DNA of 64,000 nt from the NCBI GenBank assembly GCA_004431415.1, contig QPMI01000129.1:1-64000 (forward strand), in the 5' to 3' direction. A program made the translations under genes and the position numbers. Positions 28,223-40,618 of the stretch are shown here, one piece after another. The notes under the pieces were generated by a model. It was not told where the DNA came from. It saw only the letters and a list, made by a program, of their open reading frames with translations, and did not search any database. Source of the stretch: Cyanophora paradoxa CCMP329. Taxonomy: Eukaryota > Plantae > Glaucophyta. Positions within the stretch are counted from its first letter, which is position 1. Every line of letters begins with the position of its first letter.

Positions 28223-28440
28223 CGGCGCCCTCGGACCCTGGTACCCCCCCAGGGAATTGTCCCCCCCAAAAACGCCCGTTTGAGGGACCCGTGAGGCCTC
28301 ATCGGGCTTATCTGACGCGTTTTATTGCGGCCAAGAAGCTCGCGAGGCTCGGGAACCACAGGTGCGGGGTTTTTGGGGCTCGCTAGGCCCGTTTCGGCCA
28401 TTTCCGATGGCCCCGGCCGCTCACTGATGAGGGAACGCAG

Positions 28441-31400
28441 ATGGAGACGGACGCGGATCTCGTGTCCAGCTGCCTCTCCTGTCTAGCTACAGGACGCTTT
28501 GTTCCGCGAGGGAGGAGGCCGATCAGGCGGGATGGGAGGGACTCTTACTACGACCGGGCCGAGACCGGGGTCTTCGACAGCTTCAACCCCCGCGGATCGG
28601 GCGAGATGGAGGTCCTTTTGAAGTCGCTGGCTGCTGGAGACATCGAAGCTGGGGCCACGGCCATGCTCCGCTTCCTGGAGCGGGTTGGGGAGTTCCAAGC
28701 GTCGGGCCGGCTGCCCGCCTTGAGCGACTCGCGGGCTCTTCAGCGTGCGATCCGCCGGTATCAGAAGTACATGACCGTCCGCCAGAGGTCAGCTCTGCTC
28801 GGCGCCCTCGAATTCGCAGGATCCTCGACTGATGAGCACGGGTCATCACGCGTAGGGACACGAATCTGCTTCCGCCTATGGATGTCGCCTTTATTTGGCA
28901 CTGGTACGCTAGCTGACGCCCGGGACCGCGGGGATTTGTCCGTGCCTTGATCGGCGGGGCGCGCCACAGCCACCTCCTCAACCCGCGCGACTACATCACG
29001 TCCTGCAACCAGGTGTACTTCAAGGTGCTTTCTTTGCTTTCTTATGGGAATCAATTCGTTAGAGCTAGTCGTCGTGGTCATGCGGTGGCCAGCCTCGCTC
29101 CGCGTGGGTCTGCAATCGCTGAATCGCACGCGGCCAGGTCGTTGAGCCGTACGACGACGTCGACTACGCCGGCACCGGCGACCAGGAGTACGCGGAGGAT
29201 ATGTGGGCGCGCAGCTTCCCGAACGAGCCCTGGGACCTCGGCAAGGGTCTCTTCGTCCGCGACGATGGTCCGCTCTCTGCGCGCCCCGCTAGCAGAGGGG
29301 CCCCAGCTAACGCGGGCGCGCAGACTCGTACGGATCGTTCTTCGCGTGCGACACGAACGCTATCCACGAGGAGGCCCTCCGCCAGGTCGGCTTCATGGAC
29401 TCGCTCCGGCGCCGCAACATCCCGTGGCAGTCCCCCGTGCGCCCGTCCGCCCGCCTGCCGTCGCGGCGTAGGCCCGTCGGATCCGAGCTGATCTTTTCGC
29501 CCGCGCCCGCGCAGGAGTTCCTGCACAACGCCGCCGTCCGCTACATGAAGTACCTGCGCCTCGCCGGCAAGTACCCGCACGTCACGATGGTGCCCCCCGC
29601 CCGCCCGCCATTCCTTGTGTGCCTTATTTATTCCTTTTCCTTCTTAGGTCCCCACGAAGGACATCGACATAATCTGGCACTCGTGCGGCCCCTCTTTCCT
29701 AGTCGCGTCCACGCCGGCTGAGCCGCTCTCGCAGGCACCTCCGCCGCCCCGGAGGCTACGCCCAGGACACTGAGAACATCGCCGGGCGTGGTGCGTTGCG
29801 GCCGCCCTCTACCCTCTGCCCCCGGCCCGGCCTCCCCGCCGACCGCGCCGGCAGTGCTCTACCACAACGACACGATCCGCGAGGACGAGCTCAACCGCAT
29901 GATGGCCGTGCGCTCTCGCGCCGCGGCCTGCTTTTGCGCGCGCCTGATGGGAGAGGGCGGGGGCAGGACACCAAGTCGCTGTGGGAGCAGGAGTACCACG
30001 AGGACTACCTGATGGGCCACCGGGCGAACCTGGCCGGCCCCGACTTCAGCATGGCCCGCGACACCTCGTTTTTCGAGGCGCCGCCCCGGCCGCAGACGCC
30101 CCGGCCCCGCAAGAACCGCTCCGAGCGCAACTTCGAGCAGCGCACCGAGGTGCCCCTCTACACCGCCCAGGCCCAGGCCCCCGTCTACACCCAGGCGCCC
30201 ATCATCGCCCCGGGCCCCATCACCACCGTCCAGCCCCAGTACCAGTACAAGGGTTCGCCGCCCCCCTGCCCCTCCCAGCGCCGCCCCAGGCGCCGCTGAC
30301 GCGTCGGCAGCCGGGTACCCCCAGCACCGCGTGGAGGACGACTTCGACTGCGGCACGTGCATATACGACTGCCTCTGCTGCAACGGCTGCGACGTGCGCC
30401 CCGCCCCGGCGCTCCCGCCCCGCGGCTGCCGGCTGACGGGGGGCGGGGGAGCAGAAGGCGTGCGACGCCTGCTGCAGCGGGTACTCTACGAACCTGTGCG
30501 GGCCGTGCGCGGACGCGTGCGCCGGCTGCGGGGCCTCGTGCGACTCGTGCAACCGGGGGTGCATCGAGTTCTGCCCGGAGCCGGACCCGCGGGTGCCCCA
30601 GATCCCGATGCCCTGCCTCGTCTTCTTCCTCATCATCCTGGGGGCCCTCTCCCTCCTCGGCGTCGCCTTCGGCATCCTCATCGACCTCACCGGCAACGGC
30701 GACACCAACGTCCGCCCCCGCCCCCGCCCCTGCCCCGCCTCCGCGCCTCGCGCGCCGCTCACGGGCGGGGCGCCGCGCGCGCAGCAATCGAACGTGCCCG
30801 TGAGCGACCGGACGTTCCGCATCGGGCACATGCTCGCCGGCACGGGGGCCATGCTCTTCTGGACCACCTGCCTCGGCCTCTACCACCGCTCCCGCCCCAA
30901 GCAGTACCTCTTCCTCCGCCTCCTCCTCTTCGTCATCGGCGGCGGCGCCGTCGGCGGCGGCTTCGCCCTCGCGGCCTACAAGGTCGACGACTGCTACATC
31001 TTCCCCGGCATCATCATGACGACCATCGGGAGCCTCCTCCTGACCTTCGCCTTCATGGGCTGGTTCCTCGGCGCCTCGACCGTCGGCTGCACGATCCCGC
31101 ACGGCGTCTTCATGGTCGCCTGGGGCATCGTCATCCTGGTGCGCGCCAACGGCACCAAGGGCCTCGTCGCCGCCCCGCCCACGGGCTCCTGCTGGCTCTG
31201 CCCCTGCGTCTACAACGTCAACGCCGGCATCTGGCTCGTCGTCGTCGGCGGCTGCCTCGCAGTCCCCTTCGTCTTCTTCTGCTGCTGCTACTACGGCTGG
31301 GCCTCGGAGCAGCGCATCGGCGTCAACGCCCAGGGCACCTACTACCGCACCCCGTCCAAGTACGACCGCTACTGTGAGCACCGCCCCCGCCCGCCCGCGC

Positions 31401-31917
31401 CGGCCCCGCCTCGCGCATCTGACGCCCGCCCCGCAGCGAACGGCTACACGTACACGAAGGCACCGCAGGGCGCCGTCGACGTGTACACTGGCGCCCCGCA
31501 GATCGTCACCATGACGCCCGCCGGCACCCCGCCGGCCCCCCGCTACAGTGCGTGCCGGGCCCGCCTCGCGGAGCCGGGCGGCCTATCGGCTGACGCGGCG
31601 GGGCAGACACGGGCTACAAGTACCACACGACGCCGCCGCCGCCGCAGCCGCTGGTTCCGGCGATGGACATCAACCCGGGGACACAGATGGTGGGCGTGAC
31701 GGGCGCGGCCCCCTCGATGGCGCTCGCCGGACCGGTCGTGGCCACGCAGCCCGTGTACGTGCAGCAGCCGGGCGTCTCGGCCGTCAACCAGGCCCTCGGC
31801 TCCGTCCGCGGCGACCCCCAGCAGCTCTACACCACCGCGACGCCCCTCCCCATCACCTACACGCCCGGCACCGTCGTCACCCCGGCGCCCCGCGTCGCCG
31901 GCAGCGTCCGCTTCTAA
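28441..31917 (+). CDS. DUF1399/GRDP1-like protein fused to a Cys-rich segment and a multi-pass membrane domain
   Basis: Two copies of the A(I/V)xRY..(P)xDxxxxWH|SH...Y motif (LLPPMDVAFIWH|SHLLNP; VPTKDIDIIWH|SHLRRP), then a Cys-rich linker and about 6 hydrophobic segments. Confidence 0.7.
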
Positions 31918-32256
31918 GCGCACGCGGCAACCCGAAACCGCAAACGAACCGAACCAAACCAAACCGCCCTCGCGCTCTCTCTGCCGCGCCGCCCTAGTGT
32001 TTACCTGTCTAGTTAGGTAGTTCTTCCTACGTGCCCTGATGTCGATTCGGCCGGCCGCGGTGCCGAGCCAGCGCGAGGTTCTCTAGAATTACATATCGTT
32101 TTCATTCCGCACGATTCGAAAGTAATCAGCAGGCCAGGCAAGCGCCAAGCGCCGCAAGCAGGTCCTTAGCAGGACAGACAGGGGGTAGAGTATTGTGAGG
32201 GACCGGTCGAAGCGTCGCGCCGAACTCCGCACTGTGGCACAGGAGCAGCCACGCCG

Positions 32257-33601
32257 ATGGGCTTCCCGAGGCTAGAGGAAATCGGCGAGCTACGCGGGCA
32301 CACGGACCGGGCGTGGTGCGTAGCATGGTCGCCCGACGGCAAGACGCTCGCGAGTTGTGGCGGCGACAAGAGCGTGCGGATATGGCGGCAGGAGGGCGGC
32401 AAGTACGTGCACAGCGCGCTCGCCTCCGGACTCCGGCACCGAGAGCGCGTCGCATAGGTGGGAGTGTAAACAGGTCCTGGACGACGGGCACCAGCGCACC
32501 GTGCGATGCGTCGCATGGTCTCCGTCCGGAGACGTGCTGGCATCGGCGTCCTTCGATGGCACGACGAACATCTGGCAGGCGAAGGACGACGGGTTCGAGA
32601 GCGTCGCGACCCTGGAGGGCCACGAGAACGAGGTGAAAGCCGTCGCATTCGACTCTTCCGGTACGTACATGCGCGCGCGCGCGCTTAGCTTTGAGCGGCA
32701 GCTGGCGTGGCCCGCGCGCCGACGGGCCGGGTGCAGGGATGCTGGTGGCGACGTGCAGCCGGGACAAGAGCGTGTGGGTGTGGGAGGGGACGCAGGACCA
32801 CGACTACGAGTGCCTCTCCGTGCTCCACGGACACGAGCAGGACGTCAAGTTCGTCGCCTGGCACCCGAATAAGGAGGTGCCGGCGCGCGCGCCGCGCCCA
32901 CCCGGCGGCGGCCCGCCCACGCCGGCGCGGCAGCTGCTGGCCTCCGCGAGCTACGACAACACGGTGCGGTTATGGAGCGAGACTTCGGGCGACGACTGGG
33001 AGTGCGTGGACACGATACAGGCGCACGAGTCGACCGTCTGGGTCCGTGCCGCCCCCGCGCGCGGGGCGCCGGCGCAGCGCGGCGCCGAGGCCGGCGGGGC
33101 GGGCGCAGAGCATCGCGTTCGACGCAAAGGGCGAGCACCTCGCCTCCTGCAGCGACGACCTCACCGTCAAGGCCCGCCGCCCCGGCCGCCCCCGGCCGCC
33201 CCCGCGCACGCGAGCGAGCGGGGGGCGGGGGGCAGGTGTGGAAGCTGCCGGAGGTGAGGAAGACGGAGGGGGCGCTGGGCCACGCGCAGTGCGTGTGCAC
33301 GCTCAGCGGGCACCACCGCCGCACCGTCTTCTCCCTCTCCTGGTCCCACGCCTCCGGCCTCCTCGCCACGGGCGCCGCCGACGACGCCATCCGCGTCTTC
33401 GCGCCGCCGGCGGGCGGGGCGCCGGCGGACGCGGCGGCGGCGAGCGCGGCCGGGGTGCCGTTCCTGGAGCTGGCGGCGGGGAAGGAGAAGGCGCACGGGG
33501 CGGACGTGAACTGCGTGGCGTGGTGCCCGTCGGACGGGACCCTGCTCGCCTCCGCCGGCGACGACGCCCTCGTCAAGCTCTGGCGCTTCCACCCCGAATA
33601 G
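32257..33601 (+). CDS. CIAO1: Cytosolic Fe-S assembly WD40 protein CIA1/CIAO1
   Basis: [75 protein letters not shown]. Confidence 0.95.
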
Positions 33602-34050
33602 CCCCGCCCGCACCCCCGCCCGCCCCTACCCACGCCCTCTCCTTAGCTTACTACAGCTAACGTAAGATATCAGCAGCGTCAACGTCGCACGCGGGGCTGT
33701 GGAAGCCTAGGGGGGCGGTGGGGGGCCGCTAGCACGGCTTCTGGACCCCCGGACGGGGGACGGTGGCTATAGCTCTCTCTGGTCCCCGGGGGCGGTTGAA
33801 GCGGTTGAAAGCAAAGCTTGATGGTGAGCAATTACAATTACAGCTGCAGGCATATGCCCGGAAAAATCATCGGATAACACCAAAATTCCGAAGCGTGACC
33901 AAAAGAAAATCCTTGAAAGAGAGAATGCACGCACGTCTACGTCACATCAAAGGAGGAGATAGCATGTATATGCATGTAAATACGTATGCGCAACCACGGT
34001 CGCGAAGCACCGCTGCACGTGGCGAAAGAAAGGGGGCTCTGAGGCTCGGC

Positions 34051-37000
34051 CTAGGAGGGGGCCGGGGCCGGGGCGGCGCGGTCGGTGGCGCCGAGCTCGC
34101 GGAGGCGGAGGCGGGCGGCCGCCTCCAGCCGCGTCGCCCCGTCCATCTGCGCCCCGCGGCGGGGCCCGGGGCCCCGCAGCCTCAGACAAGGGCTGGTCGG
34201 CGCACTGCCACTGAGATGTAGACGGGAAGGGGGCGGGGGCACCTCGGCGGCGAGGCAGACGGGGTCGTCGGCGTCGGGGGCGGCGGCGGGGCGGTCGAGG
34301 TCCCAGAGGAAGAGGCCGCCGTCCCGGCCGGCGGCGGCGAGGGCGCGGCCGCCCGGGGCGAAGGCGAGCGCGGCGATCGCCTCGCCGTACTCGCGGCGGG
34401 CCAGCTCGGCCCCCGTGGCGCCGTCCCAGAGGACGACGCGCCCCTCCCAGCCGCCCGTCGCCACCCGCTCGCCCTCCTGGCGAGGCGTCGGCGCCAGCGC
34501 CGCGGCGTCGGCCGAGAGGCCTCGGGGCGGCGGGGCAGGGGCGGGGGCGGGGGCGGGGACCGGGGAGGAGGCGAGGGCGAGGGCGTCGAGGGCGCTGGCG
34601 TGGCCCCAGAGCTGGAGGAGCTCAGCGCCCGACTCGGCGTCCCACACGCGCGCCGACTTGTCCCACGAGCCCGTCACCACCCGCGCCCCGTCCTGCCCGC
34701 CCGCCGCCCCGCATCGGCGGAGAGCCCCGGGGGCCGGCGGGGCGGGGCGGGGGGGCGCACGGCGGAGAAGGCGACGGCGGAGAGGAGGGCGGCGTGGCCG
34801 CGCAGCTCCGCCACCGCCCCGCCCGTCTCCCCGTCCAGCACCGCCCCGCGCCAGTCGTCCCCCGCCGACGCCAGCCGCTCGCCGTCCGCCGAGGCCGCGA
34901 CGGCGTTGACGGCGCCGGCGTGCGCGGCGGCGCAGATCGCCTCGGCCTGCGCGTCGCAGTCCCACACGCGCACCGTCCCGTCCCGCCCGCCCGACACCAG
35001 CCACCACTCCCCCTGCGGCCTCGGAGCGTTAGGGGGGCGGGGGCTGCTCGGGGGGGGCCGGGGGCGGGCCGGGGGCGCGGCGAGGGCGGTGACGGGCCCG
35101 GCGTGGCCGGGAGGCGGAAGGCGGGGGCGCCCGTCGCCGCGTACCACGCCCGCACCGCCCCGTCCTCGCACCCGCAGAAGAGCAGGCCCCGCTCCTGCCG
35201 CCCCCGCCCCCTCAGGAAGCTGGAGCGGGGCGCGGAGGCGGGGCGGGGCGGGGCGGGCACGGGGAAGGCGGCGAGGGCGGAGACGGGCTGCGGGGGCAGC
35301 TGGAGGAGGGGCACGCCCCTGCGGGCGTCCCACACGCGCACGACGCCCTCCTCGTCCGCCGCCGCGATGCGCTCCCCGTCCTGCGCGCCGGGCGATGCGC
35401 CGGGGCTGAGCGGGGGGCCTGGGGAGCGCGAGGGGCGTTGCCGCGCACCTGCAACCAGGCGAGGGCGAGCAGGCCGGCGGGGTGGCGGAGGGCGGGGCGG
35501 CCCCCGAGGCGGGTCCCCCACAGGTCCGCCCCGCACAGGTTGCAGCCGCGCAGGTCGGCGCCGCGGAGGTCGCAGCCGCGCAGGTCCGCCCCGCGAAGGT
35601 CGCTGCCGGCGAGGCGCGCCCCGCGGAGGACGGACCCCGGCACGCGTATGTTCCGCAGGTCGCGCCCCTCCAGCGGCACGCCCCCTGCCCGGCCCGCCGC
35701 CGTCGGCGGCGGGGCGGGGCCGAGCGGGCGGGGCGGGCGGACCGGCGACGAGGACGCTGATTGCGTTGGCGGCTGCGAGGAGGGCGGGGGCGGGGGCGAC
35801 GCGGGCGCGGCTGGCGGCCACGGCCCGCAGCAGCGCCGCCACGCGGGCGTCGCGGGGCTGGGAGCGGAGGGCCTCGCCGAGGGCCCGCAGCGCCCCGGGC
35901 TCGCCCGCCAGCGGCCGGGCACCGAGCTCGGCGGCCCCCTCGGGCCCCTCCAGCTGCACGCTGCAAAGGTCAGAGGCTAGGAGGCCGAGGGGCGGACGGG
36001 CGGGGCGGGGCGCGCCGAGGCGAGGAGGGCGTCGGCGGCGAGGCACTCCTGCAGGGGCCGTAGGGCGAAGGCGTAGCCGCGGGCGCCGGCGCTGCGCCAG
36101 CGGCGGAGCGGGCAGGCCGCCCGCACGGCCGCCGTCGCCGGGTCCCCGAGGAGCCGCTCCGCCTCCGCCTGCAGCTCCCGCGCCGCCCGCGGCCGCGCCC
36201 CGGGCCCCCGCCCGCCCCTTCGGCCGCCCCGACGAGGACGTAGGCAGCGCCCATCTGCGGGCGCCGGCGCCTCTGAGCGGAGGCGGCGGCCGCGCGGCCT
36301 CGAGGTCAAGGTTCGGCGGCGGGGGCGCACGCGGAAGAGGAGGAAGGCGAGGCGGCGGCAGAGCTCGACGCCGGCCTCCGCGAGGCGCGCGAGCTCCGCC
36401 CCGCCGAGCCCGGCGCGCCGCAGCCGCCGCTCCACCGCCTCCCGCACGAGGAGGCGGTAGAGCGCCGGCCGCCCGCCCTCGGCCCCGCCGCCCCTGCGCG
36501 CGCTCGCGTGGGGCGGGGGCCGGCGTCGGCTCTGGAGAGGGGCGCACTCGGCGAGGAAGGCGGACGGGGCGCGGGCGAGGGCGGCGAGGGCGAGGGGCTC
36601 GGCGACGAGCTCCGCGAGGTCGGGGCGGTCCCGGATGGCCTCCAGGCGGCGCTCGCCGGGGCGGCCGGCGGCGAGCCGCAGGTAGCGGCGCACCTGGGCC
36701 CCCGAGAAGGGGAGCGCGGCGAGCTGGCGCAGGGGCGGCCCGCCCTCCTCCCCGAAGAGGCGCTCGAGGGCGGGCGGGGCGAGGGGCTCGAGGAGCTCGC
36801 TGCGGCAGGCGACGGCCGTGCCGCTGGCCCAGGCGGCGATGCCGTGGGCGTCCCAGAGGCCCGGGCCGTGGACGGCGGGGCCGGCGAGCTCGTCGAAGGC
36901 GTCGAGGAGGAGGACGAGGCCGCGGGCGGCGGCGAGGGCGGGGAGGGCGGCGGCGGGGAGGCCGAGGCGGGCGGCGGCGGCGGCGCGGAGGGCCCCGGGC

Positions 37001-39420
37001 TCCTCCTCGCGCCCCGCGAGGGCCTCGGGCAGCTGCAGCAGCACCGTCACCGGCAGCCCGGCGGCCCCGGCAGGGGCGGCGGCGGCGTCGGAGCAGGCGG
37101 CGCGGTGGAGGCGGCGGAGGAGGAGGGACTTGGAACAGCCGGCGGGGCCGTGCAGCAGCAGCGCCCGCTGCGGCGGGGGCGCGCTCGAGGGGCCGGGGCC
37201 GGGCGGAGGGCGCGGAGGAAGAGGTCGAGCTCGGCGGCGAGGTCGAGCCGCTCGGGGCGCCCCGCCTCGCGCCCCGCCGGCGGCACGTACGCCCTCCGCT
37301 CCCCCTCCAGCTCCTCCTCCGCCTCGTCCAGCGCCCGCAGCTCCCGCGCCGCGAACTGCGCCCCGCCTCAGAAGGGGCCGAGCGCGCAGGCGGCGGCCGC
37401 CAGAGCCGGCGCGGGCACCTCGGAGAGGATGGAGTCGAGGGGGCCGGCGACGGCGTCGGCGTCGGCGTCGCCCGGGCGCGGGGAGGCGGCCGCGGGGAGG
37501 GCGCCGAGGGCGCCCGCCCCGCACCCCGTCTCCGCCTCCGGGGCGGCCACCGCGCCCTGCCGGCACGTCGCGCAGTGCCCGAAGCGCGCCCGCAGCGACC
37601 GGCACTCCTCCGGCGTCCCCGGGGCGGCGCTTGGGTCGGGCGGGGCGGCGCTCGGCGTGCCTGGGGGCGTGCCCCGCGGCTCGGAGGCCGCGGAGGGTGC
37701 TCCTGGCACCTTCTCCGGGGCCTCTCGGGCGGGAGCTTCAGGCAGGGTGGGCGGCCTGCCGCCGCCGCAACCGGACTCCTCCTCGGACGGCTCGGAGGGG
37801 GCGGGCGGGGGCCGCGGCGGGTCCCCCGCGGCCCCCTCGGGGACAGCCCCCGGGGCGTGGGCGCCCGCTCGGGGTCCGAGCCCGAGCCCGAGGCCCCGCT
37901 GGCTTGGGGGCCCGCGGCGTCGCCCCGAGGCGGCCTGGCAGGCGCGCAGGGCGGGCCGGGGCCGGGGCCGGGGCCGGGGCCGGGGCCGGGCCGGGGCCGG
38001 GGCCGTGGCCAGGGGCACGTGGACAGGCCAGGGGCCGGCGAGGGGGCAGAGGAACGGAGACTCGGGTGGGAGGCCGAGCGGGAGCGGCGGCGGGCGGCGG
38101 CGGCGGCGGCGGCGAAGACGGAGGCCTCGACGGCGGGCCGCGGGCGGCGCGGGCTCCCCGTCGGCGTCGACGCGAGGCTCCCCGTCGGGGTCGAGGAGAG
38201 CGACTCGGCCAGCGAGGGGCGCCGCGCGAGGGGCCACCCCCGAGCCCCGCGTGCCCCGCCGCTGCCGCCGCTGCTAGCGGGCTCCGCGAGGCCTCGACGG
38301 GACTTGGAGGAGCGGCGGCGGCCCCGCCCCTCTCTGCGCGCGCGGGGCGCTTCGGCTCAGGAGCGCGGGGAGAGAGCCGCGGGGGCGAGACGAGCCCGGC
38401 CCGACCTGCGGGACCGTGGAAGTTCGCGGCGGGGGCGGGGGCGGGGATGAGAGGGGAGGGGGGTAGCGGGTCGCCGGCCTCCACGGCGAGGTCGCGGCGC
38501 CGGCGCCGGGCGGCAGCCCTCGCGCCTGCTGGCGCCGCAGCCTCCCCGTCGGGAGCGGGGCGGGGAGCTAGGCCGGCGGGGGCCTCCCGCGGGGGCGCGG
38601 GACCGGCGGCCCGGCGGAGGGCGCCGGCGATCGCAGTGGCGACGCAGGCCGCCGCCGCCGCCCGCCGCTCAGCTTCCGATTCCGACACGCCCGCCGCGGC
38701 TGCCTCGCCTGCGACCGGCGGCTCTCGCGGCGCGCCCGCGCTGGGGCCCGACAGGGCCTGCCGGCTGCAAAAGGAACCGCCACGCGCGGGCAGGGCGCCC
38801 GACGAGCCGCGGCTGCAGCTGGCGCCCGGGTCCGCCGGCTGAGGGTCCTTCAAGGGGGAGCGCCTGGCAGTGACACCATTCGTCGCTGCTGCGCGAGGGC
38901 GCCTCGCCACGTCGCATCCAGCTGCCGCCGCCCGCTTCGCTGCCGCTGCCGCCGTAGACCCCGCAGCGCGCTGCTCTGGTGCCGGCGGCGACCAGGCGCG
39001 CGGGGAGGCGGCGCCGGCCCCGCCGGAGGCCCCAACAGCGGCCGGCCTCGAGGGGGGCTGGCGCGCCCTGATCGTCGCCGCCACGGCCCCCTCGGGCCGG
39101 CGCGAGGCCCCAGCGGCTGCCGATCCCGCCGGTCGACTTCCGGTCTGCGCGGAAGGCAACACCAGAGGCGCGTCGTCCGGAGCGCTCGCGGGGGCTGGCG
39201 CTGCGGGGTAGGCTTCCACCGCTACCACGGCCCGCGGTCTCCCGCAGGATGAAGGCGTCGCCGGCGGCGCTCCGGCAGAGGCGTCTACAGGGCCGCCGAG
39301 TGCACGTGCCGGAGATCTAGACGGCGACCGGCACGCCGCCTCGACGGCCGCGGCGGCCACGTCGGAGGCGGCCGCCTCGATCTCGGCCTCGCGCTCCTTT
39401 GCAACCGCCGCCGAGGACAT
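34051..39420 (-). CDS. NLR-like STAND protein: low-complexity N-terminus, NACHT-like NTPase, pentapeptide repeats, WD40 repeats
   Basis: LLLHGPAGCSKS, LLLDAFDE, VACRSE, FALRPLQECLAA, AAANAISVLV, LRGADLRGCDLRGADL, then WD40 units (GHAGPV...LVSGGRDGTVRVWD; VVTGSWDKSARVWD); start uncertain. Confidence 0.8.
37953..38004 (+). repeat. (GGGGCC)n tandem tract, G-quadruplex-capable
   Basis: About 8 slightly imperfect GGGGCC units. Confidence 0.8.
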
Positions 39421-40618
39421 CGCCTGCGGAGAGGCCGCCCTCGCCTCTGGCGACACGCGCGACCGGCGCCGCTCGAGCTCGAGCTCGCGCTGCGAGCAGG
39501 ATGCCGCTGATCGCTCGGGGCTCTCCGTGACATTGATCGCATCGTTGAGCACACCTGCGCGTCGCGTCGGGCTCCGCCGGCGCGCAGGAGCGAATATGCG
39601 ATCCATCCTGAACCGGCACTCACCACTCTTGATCTGCCGGGGTTGCTCCGCTCGCGCTCCTGTTATTGATGTGCATGTGTCTGGAATGGATGAGACGCTC
39701 GCGTTTACGCTGATCGACAGCGTCTCGCCATGGGGAAGCCGGAGCTGAGCGTGCTGCGCATGCCGAGATATCTGTGGGAGCTGAAACACACGTGGCTGCT
39801 GGTTCTCCGTCGCCCCCACGGGGGTGCATGTGCTGGCTGGATCGTGTAGATCGGACGCGTACGCACGCGAAACGGTTCTTCCTCGGCCGCGACCACGGCC
39901 GATTCCCAGCGCGCTGTGAGGGAGCCAAAAACACTCTCCCCTGCGCGGGCGCAACACGACAATAAGTTGATCGAAGGCCGGTCGCGCAGGTCGGCCTGGC
40001 GCCGGCTGCAGCTGCGGCGCGCGTCCCCCACAGCACAGGCTCACCTCCCCGCTGAGAGCATCGAGGTCCAGCAGACGTAGGCGTCTCCCTCGCGGCCCTG
40101 CATGACTCCGGGAGCAGCGGCCGCGGCCCGGAGCCAATTGCAACGTCACTCGAGCTCGGAGCTCCGTCACTCACTCGTCACTCACTGAGGAAGAAATCCA
40201 GCGCTGTCATCTATTCATGTCCATGGCAATTGCTGCGCATCGAGTTAAACACAGCTGGAGCGCGGCCGAAACGCAATCAGACGGACAGCTGACGAACCAC
40301 GGAGCCGGCGCGGAGTCGGCGCATCTCCAGCGCTCACAGAGCGCCTCGGAAAGGTGCGCGGAACCCTGTTCGACCGTCCTCACACACACTCCGATCATGG
40401 GGGAAGAGGCCAGGGGGGGCTACGCGCGCTTCCGAACTCCGCGAAGCTTGGCCAGGTCTGCGACCACAAGCATGCGGCAGCTGAAGAAACGAAGCTGCAG
40501 CCCTCTAGCTCGCCTTGCTCAATGTACCGGACCCGGCCTGAGCTCGCTTAGCGCAGTGTAGACGCAGCCGACAATGCTCGCTTAGCTCTGCAGCTGGGTA
40601 GGCGTAGGGCACAGCCGG

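Noticed and set aside
34794-38450. 1218-aa plus-strand ORF and similar very long Arg/Gly/Pro/Ala-rich ORFs (e.g. 42710-46453, 19405-22473, 7047-9338)
   Set aside because: Stop-poor GC artefacts: they are antisense or out-of-frame shadows of spliced genes, or run through introns.
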